DNA of 64,000 bases from Dehalococcoidia bacterium (GCA_963668465.1 OY764542.1:1094153-1158152); one strand, 5' to 3'. Positions 9,801 to 17,912 are shown, numbered from the stretch's first letter. Translations and numbers: made by a program. The notes: generated by a model from the letters alone, not told the origin.

Positions 9801-10697
9801 AACAGCGCAAACTGGCGGACGCCGAAGACCGTCACGGTTAGGGCGATGAGCGACAGCGATGCACGGCATGAACGGACCACCCTCACTCACCGGGTGAGCG
9901 GCTACGGCAGCGTTTCCTCGGGCCCATCGATCATCGTGCGCGTGAGCGACGACGACGTGGCGACTCCAACACCCACGCCTGTAACCTCCGCCGCACTCGC
10001 GCTGGCCAGAACACCGACTCCTACCCCATTCCCGACACCAATGCCAACCCATCCCCTGACAGCGATTCCAACCCAAGCTCCAACGCCGACGGCGCTCCCC
10101 TTACTGGCTGTCGATCCCACGTCAACGCCCACGCCTACTCCAACGCCAACCGCAATTCCTCTGCCGGCCCCAGATTCGGTTCAGCAGAACACGGTCGAGC
10201 CTTCGGCCACTCCTACACCTACCCCCACGGCGATTCCGGCGCCTGTGCCAGTCATCACGATACCCGGTGGTGATAACAGCCTAGGGGGGGTGCTGCTGGT
10301 GGGTGGACTGCTCATCGGCACGGGTGCGCTCGGCTATCTGGGTTCCTGCCGCTATCGGCGGCTGGAGCGGAAGCCGTCAGCGGCAGACCTGAAGTACGCC
10401 GCAGTCTCGCTAGGCGCACGCCTCCATGGAACGTGTATTCATCTGAGGAGAATGGGCAAGGGAGCGGTTTTCACCCTTCGAAGTCTGCCAGGCCGGTTAA
10501 TGGTGGCTGGACTGATGACAGCGGCAGATATCAGCAACTCCATCGAGAGTCTCCGCAGCAATCCTGGAGGTGACCGGCGTTCCGCGCAATCACGGCGCAG
10601 TGCGTCCTCGGAAGCTGCTACACCTAGCACCCGATGCGAGAGACTCTTCCTTCTGCTGCGAAACAAGTTGTTCTGGGGAGAGAGACAGGCCCGGTAG
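6843..10697 (+). CDS. Giant surface protein with tandem beta-sandwich repeats, Calx-beta-like domains, a Pro/Thr linker and a C-terminal TM anchor
   Basis: 1284-aa ORF. Signal-like LLLALAAVAVLMPFSLLSPRIAAA. Four near-identical 122-aa modules (..LTFTT.NWNQPQTVTV.GVNDD..) plus a fifth, diverged one. Calx-beta-like segment (GDDYTALSGSLTVPAGATSASIAVAVVDDNIDDDNETIILTL). PT-rich linker, then GGVLLVGGLLIGTGALGYLG-CRYRRLERK. The last roughly 100 codons look non-native. An alternative start is ATG 6882. Confidence 0.8.
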   Translation: MDIAYGWKARVAPMNPRGTLLLALAAVAVLMPFSLLSPRIAAAHSVAASPELPVVTVEAGDDTCGDKGAHFTLHLDADTGTDGRQALDRSLQVRFLVGTNRRSIGERQPTEPDNGYVRVGAWGDDEIRNHVGRTEFAAGQTSKRISINTQDPVPTATDEELGINGQDGDVQVNLNGFDSPPTGHRVGKPGVASVDVHHSDGRTCPTPRTTGAGVTIVESDGSTSVAEDGGADSYTVVLDTQPTNPVTIAVTSETPGSATVNKSGGTAGESQTLTFTTSDWNQRQTVTVTGVNDAIDNPTSRTSTITHTATSTDTTYKGITIASVTATVIDDDGAGVTIVESDGSTSVAEDGGTDSYTVVLDTQPTHSVDITVTSGTPGSATVNKSGGVAGASQTLTFTTANWNQPQTVTVTGVNDDVDNPTSRTSTITHTATSTDTTYKGITIASVTATVIDDDGAGVTIVESDGSTSVSEDGGTDSYTVVLDTQPTHSVDITVTSGTPGAATVNKSGGVAGASQTLTFTTSDWNQPQTVTVAGVNDDVDNPTSRTSTITHTATSTDATYKGITIVSVTATVIDDDGAGVTIVESDGSTSVSEDGGTDSYTVVLDTQPTNPVTITVTSGTPGAATVNKSGGVAGASQTLTFTTSDWNQPQTVTVAGVNDDVDNPTSRTSTITHAATSTDAEYNEINIVSVTATATDDDAPAVAFGASAYTAGEASGSRNVNVAVNVSPAPASDIAVAYAVQGSATPGDDYTALSGSLTVPAGATSASIAVAVVDDNIDDDNETIILTLTNASAYNLGTTTSTTVTITDDDLRALGLQQQSPIHKPVVTVSASRSSVIEGSPALFTIKANPAPAGPLPVMLTIAQTGNVVDPNDLGTKTVIIRTLAGTYTLVVETVGDSVDESHGLVRVQVAVADGYDIGRQSAASVIVEDDEDPRVVISRSSMGLTEGSTGTYTVRLNTDPGGTVTVRPASEDAGAVRVSLASLTFNSANWRTPKTVTVRAMSDSDARHERTTLTHRVSGYGSVSSGPSIIVRVSDDDVATPTPTPVTSAALALARTPTPTPFPTPMPTHPLTAIPTQAPTPTALPLLAVDPTSTPTPTPTPTAIPLPAPDSVQQNTVEPSATPTPTPTAIPAPVPVITIPGGDNSLGGVLLVGGLLIGTGALGYLGSCRYRRLERKPSAADLKYAAVSLGARLHGTCIHLRRMGKGAVFTLRSLPGRLMVAGLMTAADISNSIESLRSNPGGDRRSAQSRRSASSEAATPSTRCERLFLLLRNKLFWGERQAR
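7473..8936 (+). repeat. 4 x 366-bp tandem intragenic repeat
   Basis: ggtgcggg(g/a)gtgacgat.gtggaatcaga.ggttccacg recurs at 7473, 7839, 8205 and 8571 (period 366 nt = 122 codons). Confidence 0.9.
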
Positions 10698-10741
10698 AGA
10701 GTGCTGGGGTGTCGGTACTCGTCAATCAGAGTGAGGCGGGT

Positions 10742-10918
10742 CCACGCGGCCTCCAGCCCTGCGATCACATCCTCCAGCTTCTGGCCGTAGATCGGCCAGC
10801 CGCCGCACCGCTTGCGGTTCACCCGCTTGCCCAGCGACCGGAGCCACACTGTCATCCGCCGCGAACCGTAGTACGGCGTCTTCAGATACTGGCGGTCCAT
10901 CAGTCCCATCAATTCCTC
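10742..10918 (-). mobile_element. Juxtaposed transposase fragments: IS3-family OrfB N-terminal piece (about 10808-10918) and a roughly 57-nt IS21 istA piece (10742-10798)
   Basis: The minus-strand translation contains LMDRQYLKTPYYGSRRMTVWLRSLGKRVNRKR (IS3-type OrfB motif). It is followed by WPIYGQKLEDVIAGLEAAW, which matches WPTYGQKLEDVIAGLEAAW of the intact IstA at 13081-13140. The DNA similarity is visible directly. Confidence 0.55.
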
Positions 10919-11338
10919 ACTCCCTCTGCACTCGATGCCGCCGCCAACGAGGCGAGGCAGTGAACGGGCGCGAGTCCATCTTGGGATGCGAGTCCTATGG
11001 GGCGTCCTACCGCAGCAGGAAGTGATGTTCCTGGGTCCTACGCTCCCTTTGGTCAACTAGAAGTCGACGTGACTCCTGAGTTGAACAGGTGGTCAAACTG
11101 CGCCGGGTTCCCAGAGGCGTCAGACAGGGCCACTACGAAATCCGCCTCCGCGCCATCCAGAAAGTCAACGAACCACGGCGCAGCTACGAGTTCATCGAAT
11201 CGTTCGGACGTGCGGCTGCCTGTCGCCAAGAGGGACAGAGCAGACAGCAAAGCCTCCCCCTGTCAATCGCCAAGGTCATTAGGCCAGTCGTCGCCACAGT
11301 CATTAGGCCACCCTGAGCACGGCTGACTAGGACTTGTA

Positions 11339-12124
11339 TCAGGTCGCGGTTGGCGGGTCAAACACCCCCTTCGGCGCCGAGATGGCACGGTGCGGCGAGA
11401 GCCGTTCGCGGTAGCTCTGGCCTTCGATGACGATCTGGTAGCTGGCGTTGGCGAGGCGGTCGAGGGCGCTGTTGCCGAGGATGGGGTCCTCGAAGAGGCT
11501 GAGCCATTCCTCGACGGCGCGGTTGGAGGTGATGATGAAGCTGGAGACGCGGTGTCTGCTGATGATCAACTGGTAGAGGTCGGCGGACTGCTGCGCGGTG
11601 AGGCGGTGGAGCCCGAGGTCGTCGAGGATGAGCAGGTCGGGGGAGAGGAAGGAGCGGAATGCCCGGTCGAGGGAGTTGTCGACCCTTGCCTGGGTCATGG
11701 TGCGGAAGAAGTCGTCGGCGTGGATGAAGCGCACGGTGTAGCCGGAGCGGATGGCGGCATAGCCGAGGGCCTGTGCGAGGAAGCTCTTGCCGACGCCAGC
11801 AGGGCCGAGCAGCAGGACGTGCTCGTGCTTGATGAGGAACTCCAGGGAGAACACGGCGTCCAGCAGACGGCGGTCCAGAGTGACGGACGCTGTCCAGTCG
11901 AAGTCTTCGAGCCTGCAGGTCTCCTCGAAGCCGGCGCTGCGGAGCCGGAGGTCGATGCGCCGGTGCTCGCGGCGGTTGACCTCGTCAGCGAGGATGATCT
12001 CGAGGAACGATGCGTAGTCGAGCTGCTCCCTGCGGGCGAGGGCGATGCGTTCAGGCAGGGTGTCCAGCATCGCGCTGAGCTTGAGCCGCTTGAGCAGCGG
12101 AGAGAGTTCGGCATTGCGGGTCAT
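11339..12124 (-). CDS. istB: IS21-family helper ATPase IstB
   Basis: Walker A GPAGVGKS, Walker B LLILDDLG, length about 261 aa. ATG 12124 overlaps the istA stop (ATGA). The longer track ORF (to 12382) is an upstream extension into istA. Confidence 0.9.
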   Translation of the reverse strand: MTRNAELSPLLKRLKLSAMLDTLPERIALARREQLDYASFLEIILADEVNRREHRRIDLRLRSAGFEETCRLEDFDWTASVTLDRRLLDAVFSLEFLIKHEHVLLLGPAGVGKSFLAQALGYAAIRSGYTVRFIHADDFFRTMTQARVDNSLDRAFRSFLSPDLLILDDLGLHRLTAQQSADLYQLIISRHRVSSFIITSNRAVEEWLSLFEDPILGNSALDRLANASYQIVIEGQSYRERLSPHRAISAPKGVFDPPTAT

Positions 12125-13698
12125 GATTGACCTCCCGTTGTTGAGTGATTGCTGAAGGCGAAGACGCTGCCGGGGCGGGTGAAGCGCCCCGGAGGCAACG
12201 GCTGTGGGTGCTCCTGCACCTCGGCCTGCTCCAGGGCCTCCACCAGGATGCGCTCGACGCGGCGCACGTCGATGAGGTCGACGGCCAGGGCCTTGCGGCA
12301 GGCGTCGTCGAGGCGCTGGGACGTGTAGCGCTGGCCGAGGCGCAGCAGCTTGTGGCCCTGGCGTATCTTCGCCCACGGCCATGGGCCGTCGAAGAGACGC
12401 TCGGCGAGTTCAGCCACTGCGGAACCGTGCTCGGCCGCGCCGCGTTTGATCCAGTCCGGAGCTCGGAGCGTGTAGGGAGTCAGTTCGGCGGGATAGTCGG
12501 CGTGGTCGGTGGCACGACCACCGCGGGGCTGCCGCGGATGGACCTTGATCAGCCTGCCCCGGTGATAGATACGCACCAGCTTGGCGCCCAGCCCTATCTC
12601 CACCTGCTGGCCCGGGGGGCAGAGGGTCGTCGGCACCGAATAGAGGGCATACTGGCAGGACACGTGGTGGTCGGGATGCACCTTGGCTGTGCGCCAATCG
12701 GTAATCTCGTAGGGCACACCGTCCCACGCGAGCAGGGCATCGCGCTCCTCCGCCTTGAAGACCGCCAGCGGCTGCCGTCGGGTGGTGCCGTGCACCCGAT
12801 GTCCGGCGACGTCACGACACCAGCGCGCAGCCTCATCCCGCACGTGGGTCAGGTCCCTGAAACTGCCGCCCTTGAAGAACCGCTCCCGCACGTATTGGAC
12901 CCCGCGTTCCACTCGGGGCTTGTCCTTGGGGTGGCGCACTCGCGCCGGGTCGCAGATGAAACCCCGGTGCTGGGCATACTCCAGGAATCCGCGCGTCAGC
13001 CGGGGATTGAGCGCGTCGGCACCCGCCACCGCGGCAGGAAAGTTGTCGATGACCAGGTAGCGGGGAACGCCGTCGAAGAAGGCCCACGCCGCTTCCAGCC
13101 CCGCGATCACGTCCTCCAGCTTCTGACCGTAGGTCGGCCAGACGAAGCTGTGCCGAGAGTGGGACAGCACCACGATCAGCGCCCACACCGTCCGGTTGCG
13201 GCCGGTCTCCGGATCGGGCAGCCGTCCCAACCGTCCGAAGTCCAGTTCTGCCACTTCTCCCGGCGCGGTGGACTCCATGCGAACGGTCGCCCGACTGCGT
13301 CGCTGCCAGTTGCGCCGTTGGATGAAGCGCCTCAGCGTCGTGTAGGAGACTCGGCAGCCCCGTTCCTCCAGCAACTCGAGGATACGCGTCAGCTGAAGAC
13401 GGTCCACCGTGAGCCACTGGTATATCTGCTCAGCCCAGGGAACCAGTTGGCCGTCGACCGGTCGCGGCGAACTCCGAGGGCCGGAACGCCCCATCGCCGC
13501 CAGACGGCTGAGCTGCTCCTCCGTGGGGGCTGGACCGCTCTCGCATACGCCAGCCTCCAGGGCCGCGTCCACATACTTGCGAACCGTCTCTCGCGACAGC
13601 CCGGTCCCCGACGCTATGTGCCGCTGGCTGTTCCCCCTCTGCCACCGCCGGATAACTTCCTCTATGTCCACTCTGGACACCTCCCTGTAAGCCATCAC
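12121..13698 (-). CDS. istA: IS21-family transposase IstA
   Basis: 525-aa ORF with an N-terminal HTH region and a DDE-type core, placed immediately upstream of istB in the canonical IS21 arrangement. Confidence 0.85.
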   Translation of the reverse strand: MMAYREVSRVDIEEVIRRWQRGNSQRHIASGTGLSRETVRKYVDAALEAGVCESGPAPTEEQLSRLAAMGRSGPRSSPRPVDGQLVPWAEQIYQWLTVDRLQLTRILELLEERGCRVSYTTLRRFIQRRNWQRRSRATVRMESTAPGEVAELDFGRLGRLPDPETGRNRTVWALIVVLSHSRHSFVWPTYGQKLEDVIAGLEAAWAFFDGVPRYLVIDNFPAAVAGADALNPRLTRGFLEYAQHRGFICDPARVRHPKDKPRVERGVQYVRERFFKGGSFRDLTHVRDEAARWCRDVAGHRVHGTTRRQPLAVFKAEERDALLAWDGVPYEITDWRTAKVHPDHHVSCQYALYSVPTTLCPPGQQVEIGLGAKLVRIYHRGRLIKVHPRQPRGGRATDHADYPAELTPYTLRAPDWIKRGAAEHGSAVAELAERLFDGPWPWAKIRQGHKLLRLGQRYTSQRLDDACRKALAVDLIDVRRVERILVEALEQAEVQEHPQPLPPGRFTRPGSVFAFSNHSTTGGQS

Positions 13699-14114
13699 CG
13701 CTCCTCGCTATGAAGTGCGGCTATGCTCTCGGATTCGGTGCCCAGGGGTGGCCTAAAGACCTTGGCGATTCCTCCGTTTACTGGCCTAATGTTCGTGGCG
13801 TTTGACACGAGTTGCGATTCCTCACCGAAGAGCAGAATCCCGGTAGGAAGACATCGGATAAGCATGTCTCCTGGGCTGACGTGGTGGTCATATGGGCTTC
13901 GACACCGATACCCCACAAGATGACCCAAGCGATCCGCGGACCGCACGTAATCACCTGCGGGCAGCGTGGGATAGGGGCACTAGCAAGAGAAGTCACGCGC
14001 TATCTCAGTGGTTGAGGTCACTGACCTCTTCCTACTGGCGAACGGCAGGGTTGTAGCGGGGGTGCACTACGCTAGGGACACCACCCACTTGAAAGTTCGT
14101 AGTACAGTACCGCT

Positions 14115-14147
14115 TGGCCCACCTAAGGGGGCTTGAACCCCTAGGCC
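14115..14147 (-). other. tRNA 3'-end fragment (T-arm, acceptor 3' strand and encoded CCA) with no 5' half; possible att remnant
   Basis: Minus strand reads AGGGG-TTCAAGC-CCCCT-TAGGTGG-G-CCA, a 5-bp T-stem with a canonical TTCRANY loop. No matching CCACCTA 5' acceptor strand or D/anticodon arms were found upstream. Confidence 0.4.
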
Positions 14148-14171
14148 TATGCCAGACCTGTTCTTGGTCGG

Positions 14172-15504
14172 CTAACGATGGGATGTCTGTAGTTCCCGCA
14201 CCATGTTGATACTCATTCTGCCCCGGCTGCTTCCAAATCGACTGCCCACGAGAACCGCACCTCTTTCTGTCGATTGGAAGACAGAGAACACGGGTTTGCG
14301 CCAGGCGACGGTGAAATCGTCCGCAGGCGGGAGGGCGAAGGGGATGGCGGGAGCGTCGTCGCTCATGGGGGGACGGAGGGGGACGAGGAAGCGCCGCTCG
14401 CCGGGTCCGACGACGGCGGTGGTGAAGACGACGGAGGCCTGGGCGAGGCGGCGCTGCATTGCGGTGACGGCGCGGCGGTAGTCGGGCGCAGGGTTGAGGG
14501 TGAGGGCTATGACGGCTGCACCGGAGCGGGCGGCGAGCGCCTTGAGCATGCCGAGGACCGTTGCCACCTGGGCGCGGTGCATGGCGGCGAGGTCTTCCAC
14601 CTGATCGACGACAACAAGGGCGGCGCTGCCCATGGTAATCATGTTGGCGAGGCGCGCCATGGTGTGGTTGAGCCCGGGCCACGGGGCGCCGAGCCTGAGC
14701 GTGGGGAAGGGGGTTGGAATCGTTGTGCGGGGCGGCGCGGTGAGCTCAGCGATGTTGGGTGGCCTGCGGAAGCTTGTTGAGCCAGACGTAGAACTGGCGG
14801 TCCTTCTCCTGCTTCCGTGCCGCCTCGACGTCTTGTTCAGTCGGGGGGTCGTCCGGGTAGTAGTCGGCGGGGTGGGTCTGGGAGAGGAGGTCGGCGAAGT
14901 AGACGCGGTCCAGATTCGCTCCGAAGGCGCGGAGGATGGGGAGGACGCTGGCCTTGGGGTTGCCGTTGAAGGTGGCCAGCAGAACGGGAGCGTTGGGGAA
15001 GGCGGCACCGTGCTGGTCAGGCGCGGGCGCTCCACGGGAGACGCGGGCGGCGATGTCGAGGGCGATGGAGGTCTTGCCAGATGAGGGGTAGCCGGCGATG
15101 AGGGTGAGCTGGCCCAAGGGTATGCGGTTGGGCCAGAGCCAGTCCGGCGGTTGGGGGATGAAGAGGGAGAAGGGGTCCAGCCCGGCTTCCTGGGCGCCAG
15201 CGGAGGTGAACAACTCCGATTCGGGGGCCAGGCCCCGCTTTGCAAGGGCTTCGAAGATCTTGTTGAGGGGGCAGCGCGTGCAGTGGAAGGAGTAGCCGTA
15301 GCCCCGTGTGAAGCCGACGGTGAGGGTCGCTATCTCAGGGTTGGGATGCGCCGGGCAGTGGAACTTGTTGCCGGAGGCGCACGAGCAGCCGGGGACGCCG
15401 CAGCGGAGCGCCGTGGAGAGGCGATCGACGTACGCCCTTTCCTCGGGCCGGAGGGTGTCTACGTCTATGCGGTTGTCAGGTGCGGAGGCGGGATGGGTAG
15501 TCAT
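14172..15504 (-). pseudogene. Frameshifted replication-type protein: CHC2-like primase zinc finger plus RecA/RepA-like (AAA_25-type) ATPase
   Basis: The N-terminal ORF (14746-15504) has FHCPAHPNPE..FHCTRCP and Walker A GYPSSGKTS, and stops at 14746. The continuation (..SAALVVVDQVEDLAAMH.., Walker-B-like) is in another frame in ORF 14172-15245. Confidence 0.6.
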
Positions 15505-15693
15505 GGGGACATGGTAGGGAGGGGTGTGGCGGGCGCGCTACGGGCGCGTGTCACAATCCGGATAATGAGCATAGATGGGGAGGATGGGCAGGAGCGGGGG
15601 AAGCCTCTCTCCCACTCCTACGGCTCCATATGGTATGGTCAGGTTAAGTGCTTCGCCACGAATACTGGCGAACGTTGTGGGAGTCTGCCACGG

Positions 15694-16215
15694 ATGGTTC
15701 TGGCCTTGGACAGCACTACGCAAGCCCTAGACGACTTTCGGGGGCGTTATACCCCTCGCCACCCGGATACCACCTTTAGGGACCGACCAGCACAGGAGAT
15801 GGTTTTGCTCACGGAGCAGGAGGGACTTCGACTCCTTCAGCCTGCCCCCGCAACCGATGTGTGCTTCGGGCCTCCGCCGCATTCGTTGGAAGAACGCGGT
15901 AACCACACATATCTCTGGGTAATCGATGAGAGAGGCATTCCTTATATAATCGACAGGCCAATATCTGCAGCTGGGGTTGCAGTGCCTAAACACACGAATC
16001 TAACTGGAGGAGGAAGGGCGTATCTGGGAGGTGAGATGTGGTTCGAATCAGCAGATTCCATGTATATTTCCGGAGCATCAGGCCGTTACCCACCAGCGAG
16101 TAGTCACCAACTTGAAGAAGCAAGCCAAGTATTTGAGTCCTTCGATTTTGCAGTAACCTCATTAGGTTGGAATAGGGTCACTGGGCGCGCCAAGCGCATC
16201 TTGGAGGCCACATGA
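15694..16215 (+). CDS. Hypothetical small protein, first gene of the low-G+C pair; no family recognised
   Basis: The C-terminal 173 codons of track ORF 15151-16215; the upstream part of that ORF is antisense to the ATPase gene. Its stop overlaps the next start (ATGA at 16212-16215). An alternative start is ATG 15565. Confidence 0.5.
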   Translation: MVLALDSTTQALDDFRGRYTPRHPDTTFRDRPAQEMVLLTEQEGLRLLQPAPATDVCFGPPPHSLEERGNHTYLWVIDERGIPYIIDRPISAAGVAVPKHTNLTGGGRAYLGGEMWFESADSMYISGASGRYPPASSHQLEEASQVFESFDFAVTSLGWNRVTGRAKRILEAT

Positions 16216-17645
16216 CGAGAGAATTGACCTTCATCTTCGGCCCGGGTCCGGAAGAGGTTTCTCCTCAAGAGGCAGCGAGAACGTCACTGAGACGCTTCGT
16301 TCGCAGTGAAGGCGAGCTGGGCGTGTATGAAGCCTCCAACAACCCCACTGGGCACGTACTTACGGCATGGGAAGCATATACTGCTTACGGTATTGAGATC
16401 TTGGAAGAGGCCGTTGAATATGGTTCTGCAATCTTAAGACAGACTAGGGACTCCACTAGCAAAGCGCTTAAGGACCGTAGAATAGCTCTCGGCCTGTCTT
16501 ACTCATCAGTTGGGCAGGCAGCAGATCTAGAGGCAGCAGAGATTGAAATTGCAGAATCGTCATCAGCGAAGATGTCTATAGCCGATCTCGAACGCTTGGC
16601 CTTCTTGCTGGGCTTGGATGAGCGGCTGCTGGCATTTGACAAGGAGGCGGGAGGAGATTCCAGTTTGGCGTACCGGCTGCGAACTCTCCAAACTGAAGAA
16701 ATCGACCCCGTTACTAAGTTGTCCGCTCGAACGGCGATTCGGTTTGCAGAGGCCGCATCAATCATCCGAGTACAACTTAGGATGCAAAAGTGGCTTGGCC
16801 TTCCAATGGAGAGCCACAAGGTTCAACCTGATTCCAACTACGGCTCAAGTTGGAGCCCAGCTTGGAAGGTGGGGTATGGCCTTGCAGAACGTGCCAGACA
16901 GGCCTTGAACCTTGATTACACACCAATCAACTCAATGCGTGAATTAGTTGAGAATCGATTAGGGATACCGGTCATTCAGGCAATACTGCCAGAGCGAATC
17001 GCAGGTGCAACTATCACGACGACAGACGAAGATGGTGTAGAAGCACGTGGCGTTATCCTGAATATGATTGGTCATAACGAAAACGTCTGGATACGTCGAG
17101 CAACGCTAGCCCATGAATTGGGCCACTTGCTCTATGACCCGCGTGGGAATCTGGAAAACGTAAGGGTTGACTCATATTGGGATAACCAAAGAGATGCTGA
17201 GACGGATGCATTAGATCCAGTGGAGCAGAGGGCCAACGCATTCGCTATCGCGTTTCTTGCTCCTAATGATGCAATCCGTACACTTGTGCCAGCTCCAGTA
17301 TCAGAACAGTCGGTGTCTGATGTAATGCACCTGTTTGGTATCAGCCTGACCGCAGCGCGATACCACATTGCTAACGTGCATTATCGCAATTATGATGTAC
17401 CATCTCCCGTGGGCGATGCTTCCCCTTCTGATGAGCAGAAGGCCGCGGAAAATTTTGCGGTAGACTTCTTTCCCCTGCAGAGCACTCCGGATCAACGCAG
17501 AGGCAGATTTGCAGGGTTGGTTGCAGCATGCTGCGAGCAGGGATTCATATCTGAGGACACTGCGTCCCTCTATTTGCAGTGTACTGTCGAAGACCTGAGA
17601 AGAAACTTGGGCACCCTACGAGAGCTCTTCGATATACACACTTAA
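16212..17645 (+). CDS. XRE-type HTH plus ImmA/IrrE-family (M78, HEXXH) metallopeptidase fusion protein
   Basis: HTH-like segment KALKDRRIALGLSYSSVGQAADLEAAEIEIAES. Zinc motif ATLAHELGHLLYD and downstream EQRANAFAIAFLAP, typical of ImmA/IrrE (COG2856). GGAGG lies upstream of the ATG. Confidence 0.75.
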   Translation: MTRELTFIFGPGPEEVSPQEAARTSLRRFVRSEGELGVYEASNNPTGHVLTAWEAYTAYGIEILEEAVEYGSAILRQTRDSTSKALKDRRIALGLSYSSVGQAADLEAAEIEIAESSSAKMSIADLERLAFLLGLDERLLAFDKEAGGDSSLAYRLRTLQTEEIDPVTKLSARTAIRFAEAASIIRVQLRMQKWLGLPMESHKVQPDSNYGSSWSPAWKVGYGLAERARQALNLDYTPINSMRELVENRLGIPVIQAILPERIAGATITTTDEDGVEARGVILNMIGHNENVWIRRATLAHELGHLLYDPRGNLENVRVDSYWDNQRDAETDALDPVEQRANAFAIAFLAPNDAIRTLVPAPVSEQSVSDVMHLFGISLTAARYHIANVHYRNYDVPSPVGDASPSDEQKAAENFAVDFFPLQSTPDQRRGRFAGLVAACCEQGFISEDTASLYLQCTVEDLRRNLGTLRELFDIHT

Positions 17646-17869
17646 GTCCATCAGAAGGCCGATTTTACTCCGCTATAGCACGAGAATTCCAGGAGTGTAC
17701 GCTGGGCTGATGTGCTCTCGCGCACTTCTGATTTCTCGCCCATCGTGGGAATCACAATTGATTCGACAGGCTCACGATGAGCGGGCACTCGAGAGGATGT
17801 TGCGCGCTAAAGCGCAGACTGCGACCCCGGCTTCACTCAACATGACAAGCGCTCCCCCACGCCTCCAGC

Positions 17870-17912
17870 CCGGTCCCTTCCCTCTTGATGGGGGAAGGTT
17901 AGGATGCGGGTG
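17870..17912 (-). repeat. REP-like 43-nt palindromic element, copy a
   Basis: Reverse complement cacccgcatcctaaccttcccccatcaagagggaagggaccgg. It shares the core ccttccccc-atcNa-gggggaagg with 24624-24666 and 57468-57510, and overlaps the ATG of the SDR gene. Confidence 0.8.

Larger units (their letters stand above)
11261..13807 (-). mobile_element. Complete IS21-family insertion sequence (2547 bp)
   Basis: istA and istB with an overlapping ATGA junction. Terminal inverted repeats TGTCAATCGCCAAGGTCATTAGGCCAG (11261-11287) and the reverse complement of 13781-13807, TGTCAAACGCCACGAACATTAGGCCAG, match at 23/27. Each end carries a second internal copy of the CGCCA-N-CATTAGGCCA motif. No flanking target-site duplication was seen. 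Confidence 0.85.

Noticed and set aside
10439-11056. 205-aa minus-strand ORF as a functional gene
   Set aside because: It is a chimera of an IS3 OrfB-like piece and a 19-aa IstA-like piece flanked by low-quality sequence. It is treated as transposase debris.
11053-11250. 65-aa minus-strand ORF ending at the IS21 terminus, as a possible truncated gene remnant
   Set aside because: The sequence is protein-like (..ERFDELVAAPWFVDFLDGAEADFVVALSD..), but it is too short and carries no recognisable motif. It is mentioned only in the context of the rearranged junction.
11390-13713. Plus-strand ORFs 11390-12130 and 12145-13713 inside the IS21 element
   Set aside because: They are antisense to istB and istA, which carry clear Walker and transposase features. 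Their composition is Gly/Val/Glu/Arg noise.
14100-14210. Possibility of a complete tRNA or tmRNA gene on the minus strand
   Set aside because: Only the T-arm, acceptor 3' strand and CCA can be folded. No complementary 5' acceptor strand, D-arm or plausible anticodon loop (with U33) was found upstream, so it is reported only as a fragment.
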